Below, one piece after another: positions 63,520-64,000 of a stretch of DNA of 64,000 bases; positions within the stretch are counted from its first letter, which is position 1, and each line of letters opens with the position of its first letter. The stretch comes from Isurus oxyrinchus (lineage: Eukaryota), in the NCBI GenBank assembly GCA_026770705.1, contig JANJGN010000026.1:24428001-24492000 (forward strand), given 5' to 3'. A program made the translations under genes and the position numbers. The notes under the pieces were generated by a model that saw only the letters and a list, made by a program, of their open reading frames with translations, searched no databases and was not told the origin of the DNA.

Positions 63520-64000
63520 GTAACGGCAACAGTAGGGCATTCGGCCCTGGAGCCAACTCCGCAATGCAATCAGGTCATGGCTGATCTGAACTCTGCCTTA
63601 ATTCCACGTCCCCGCCGGCTCCTCATGTCCCTTGGCACAATGTTCGTTCAAAACTCTGTCTAACTCAGCCTTCAAAATATTCAGTAACCGAGCTTCCTCC
63701 TCGTGGGGAAGAGATTTCCAAACACTAATGACCTTCCAAGAAAATGAATTTCCACCTTAAATGGGAGACCTCTTACTTTGAAACCGTCCCCGCCTAGTTG
63801 TCGGATTCCCTCACTACGTGAAATCCTCTCGGCATCCACCCTGCCAAAACCCCTCAGAATCTTATATGTTTCAATAAGATCACTTCTCATTCGTCTAAAC
63901 ACCAATGTATACAGGCGCAACTTGTTCAATTTTTTATTATAAGACAGCGCCTTCATCCCAGGAATCAGCCTGGTGAACCTTCCCTGAATTGCCATGTTTC
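63520..64000 (-). mobile_element. CR1 3' fragment running off the window
   Basis: IQGRFTRLIPGMK...RRMRSDLIETYKIL. Confidence 0.85.

Overview
Repeat-rich eukaryotic genomic DNA, very probably from an elasmobranch (shark or ray), judged from the VH sequence, the expanded GPR139-like receptors and the SINE/LINE repertoire. Genes read from the sequence: (1) an intact, in-frame, already joined IgH leader + V-D-J exon on the minus strand (4814-5365) that keeps its leader intron and has no RSS; (2) a TCR alpha/delta-type V pseudogene with a degenerate 23-RSS on the plus strand (62704-63046), about 57 kb away and divergently oriented; (3) two tandem GPR139/GPR142-like class A GPCR pseudogenes (46642-55095, minus); (4) an intact, intronless 51-aa ATP5F1E retrocopy with a 13-bp TSD inside the GPCR intron, too short for the ORF track; (5) an orphan signal-peptide exon with a CCAAT/CRE/TCF promoter (56852-57091). 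The rest is CR1 LINEs, Penelope-like elements, a single-ORF LINE with a tRNA-like head and its bipartite SINE, Deu-domain SINEs, a solo LTR, and a 7.4-kb 27/54-bp minisatellite whose decayed copies pervade the window. The best candidate for a system is the physical linkage of a pre-joined IgH VDJ with TCR V sequence, with a lymphoid enhancer-like island and CTCF-like sites between them. Repeat boundaries are approximate, and family names come from recalled motifs, not database searches.
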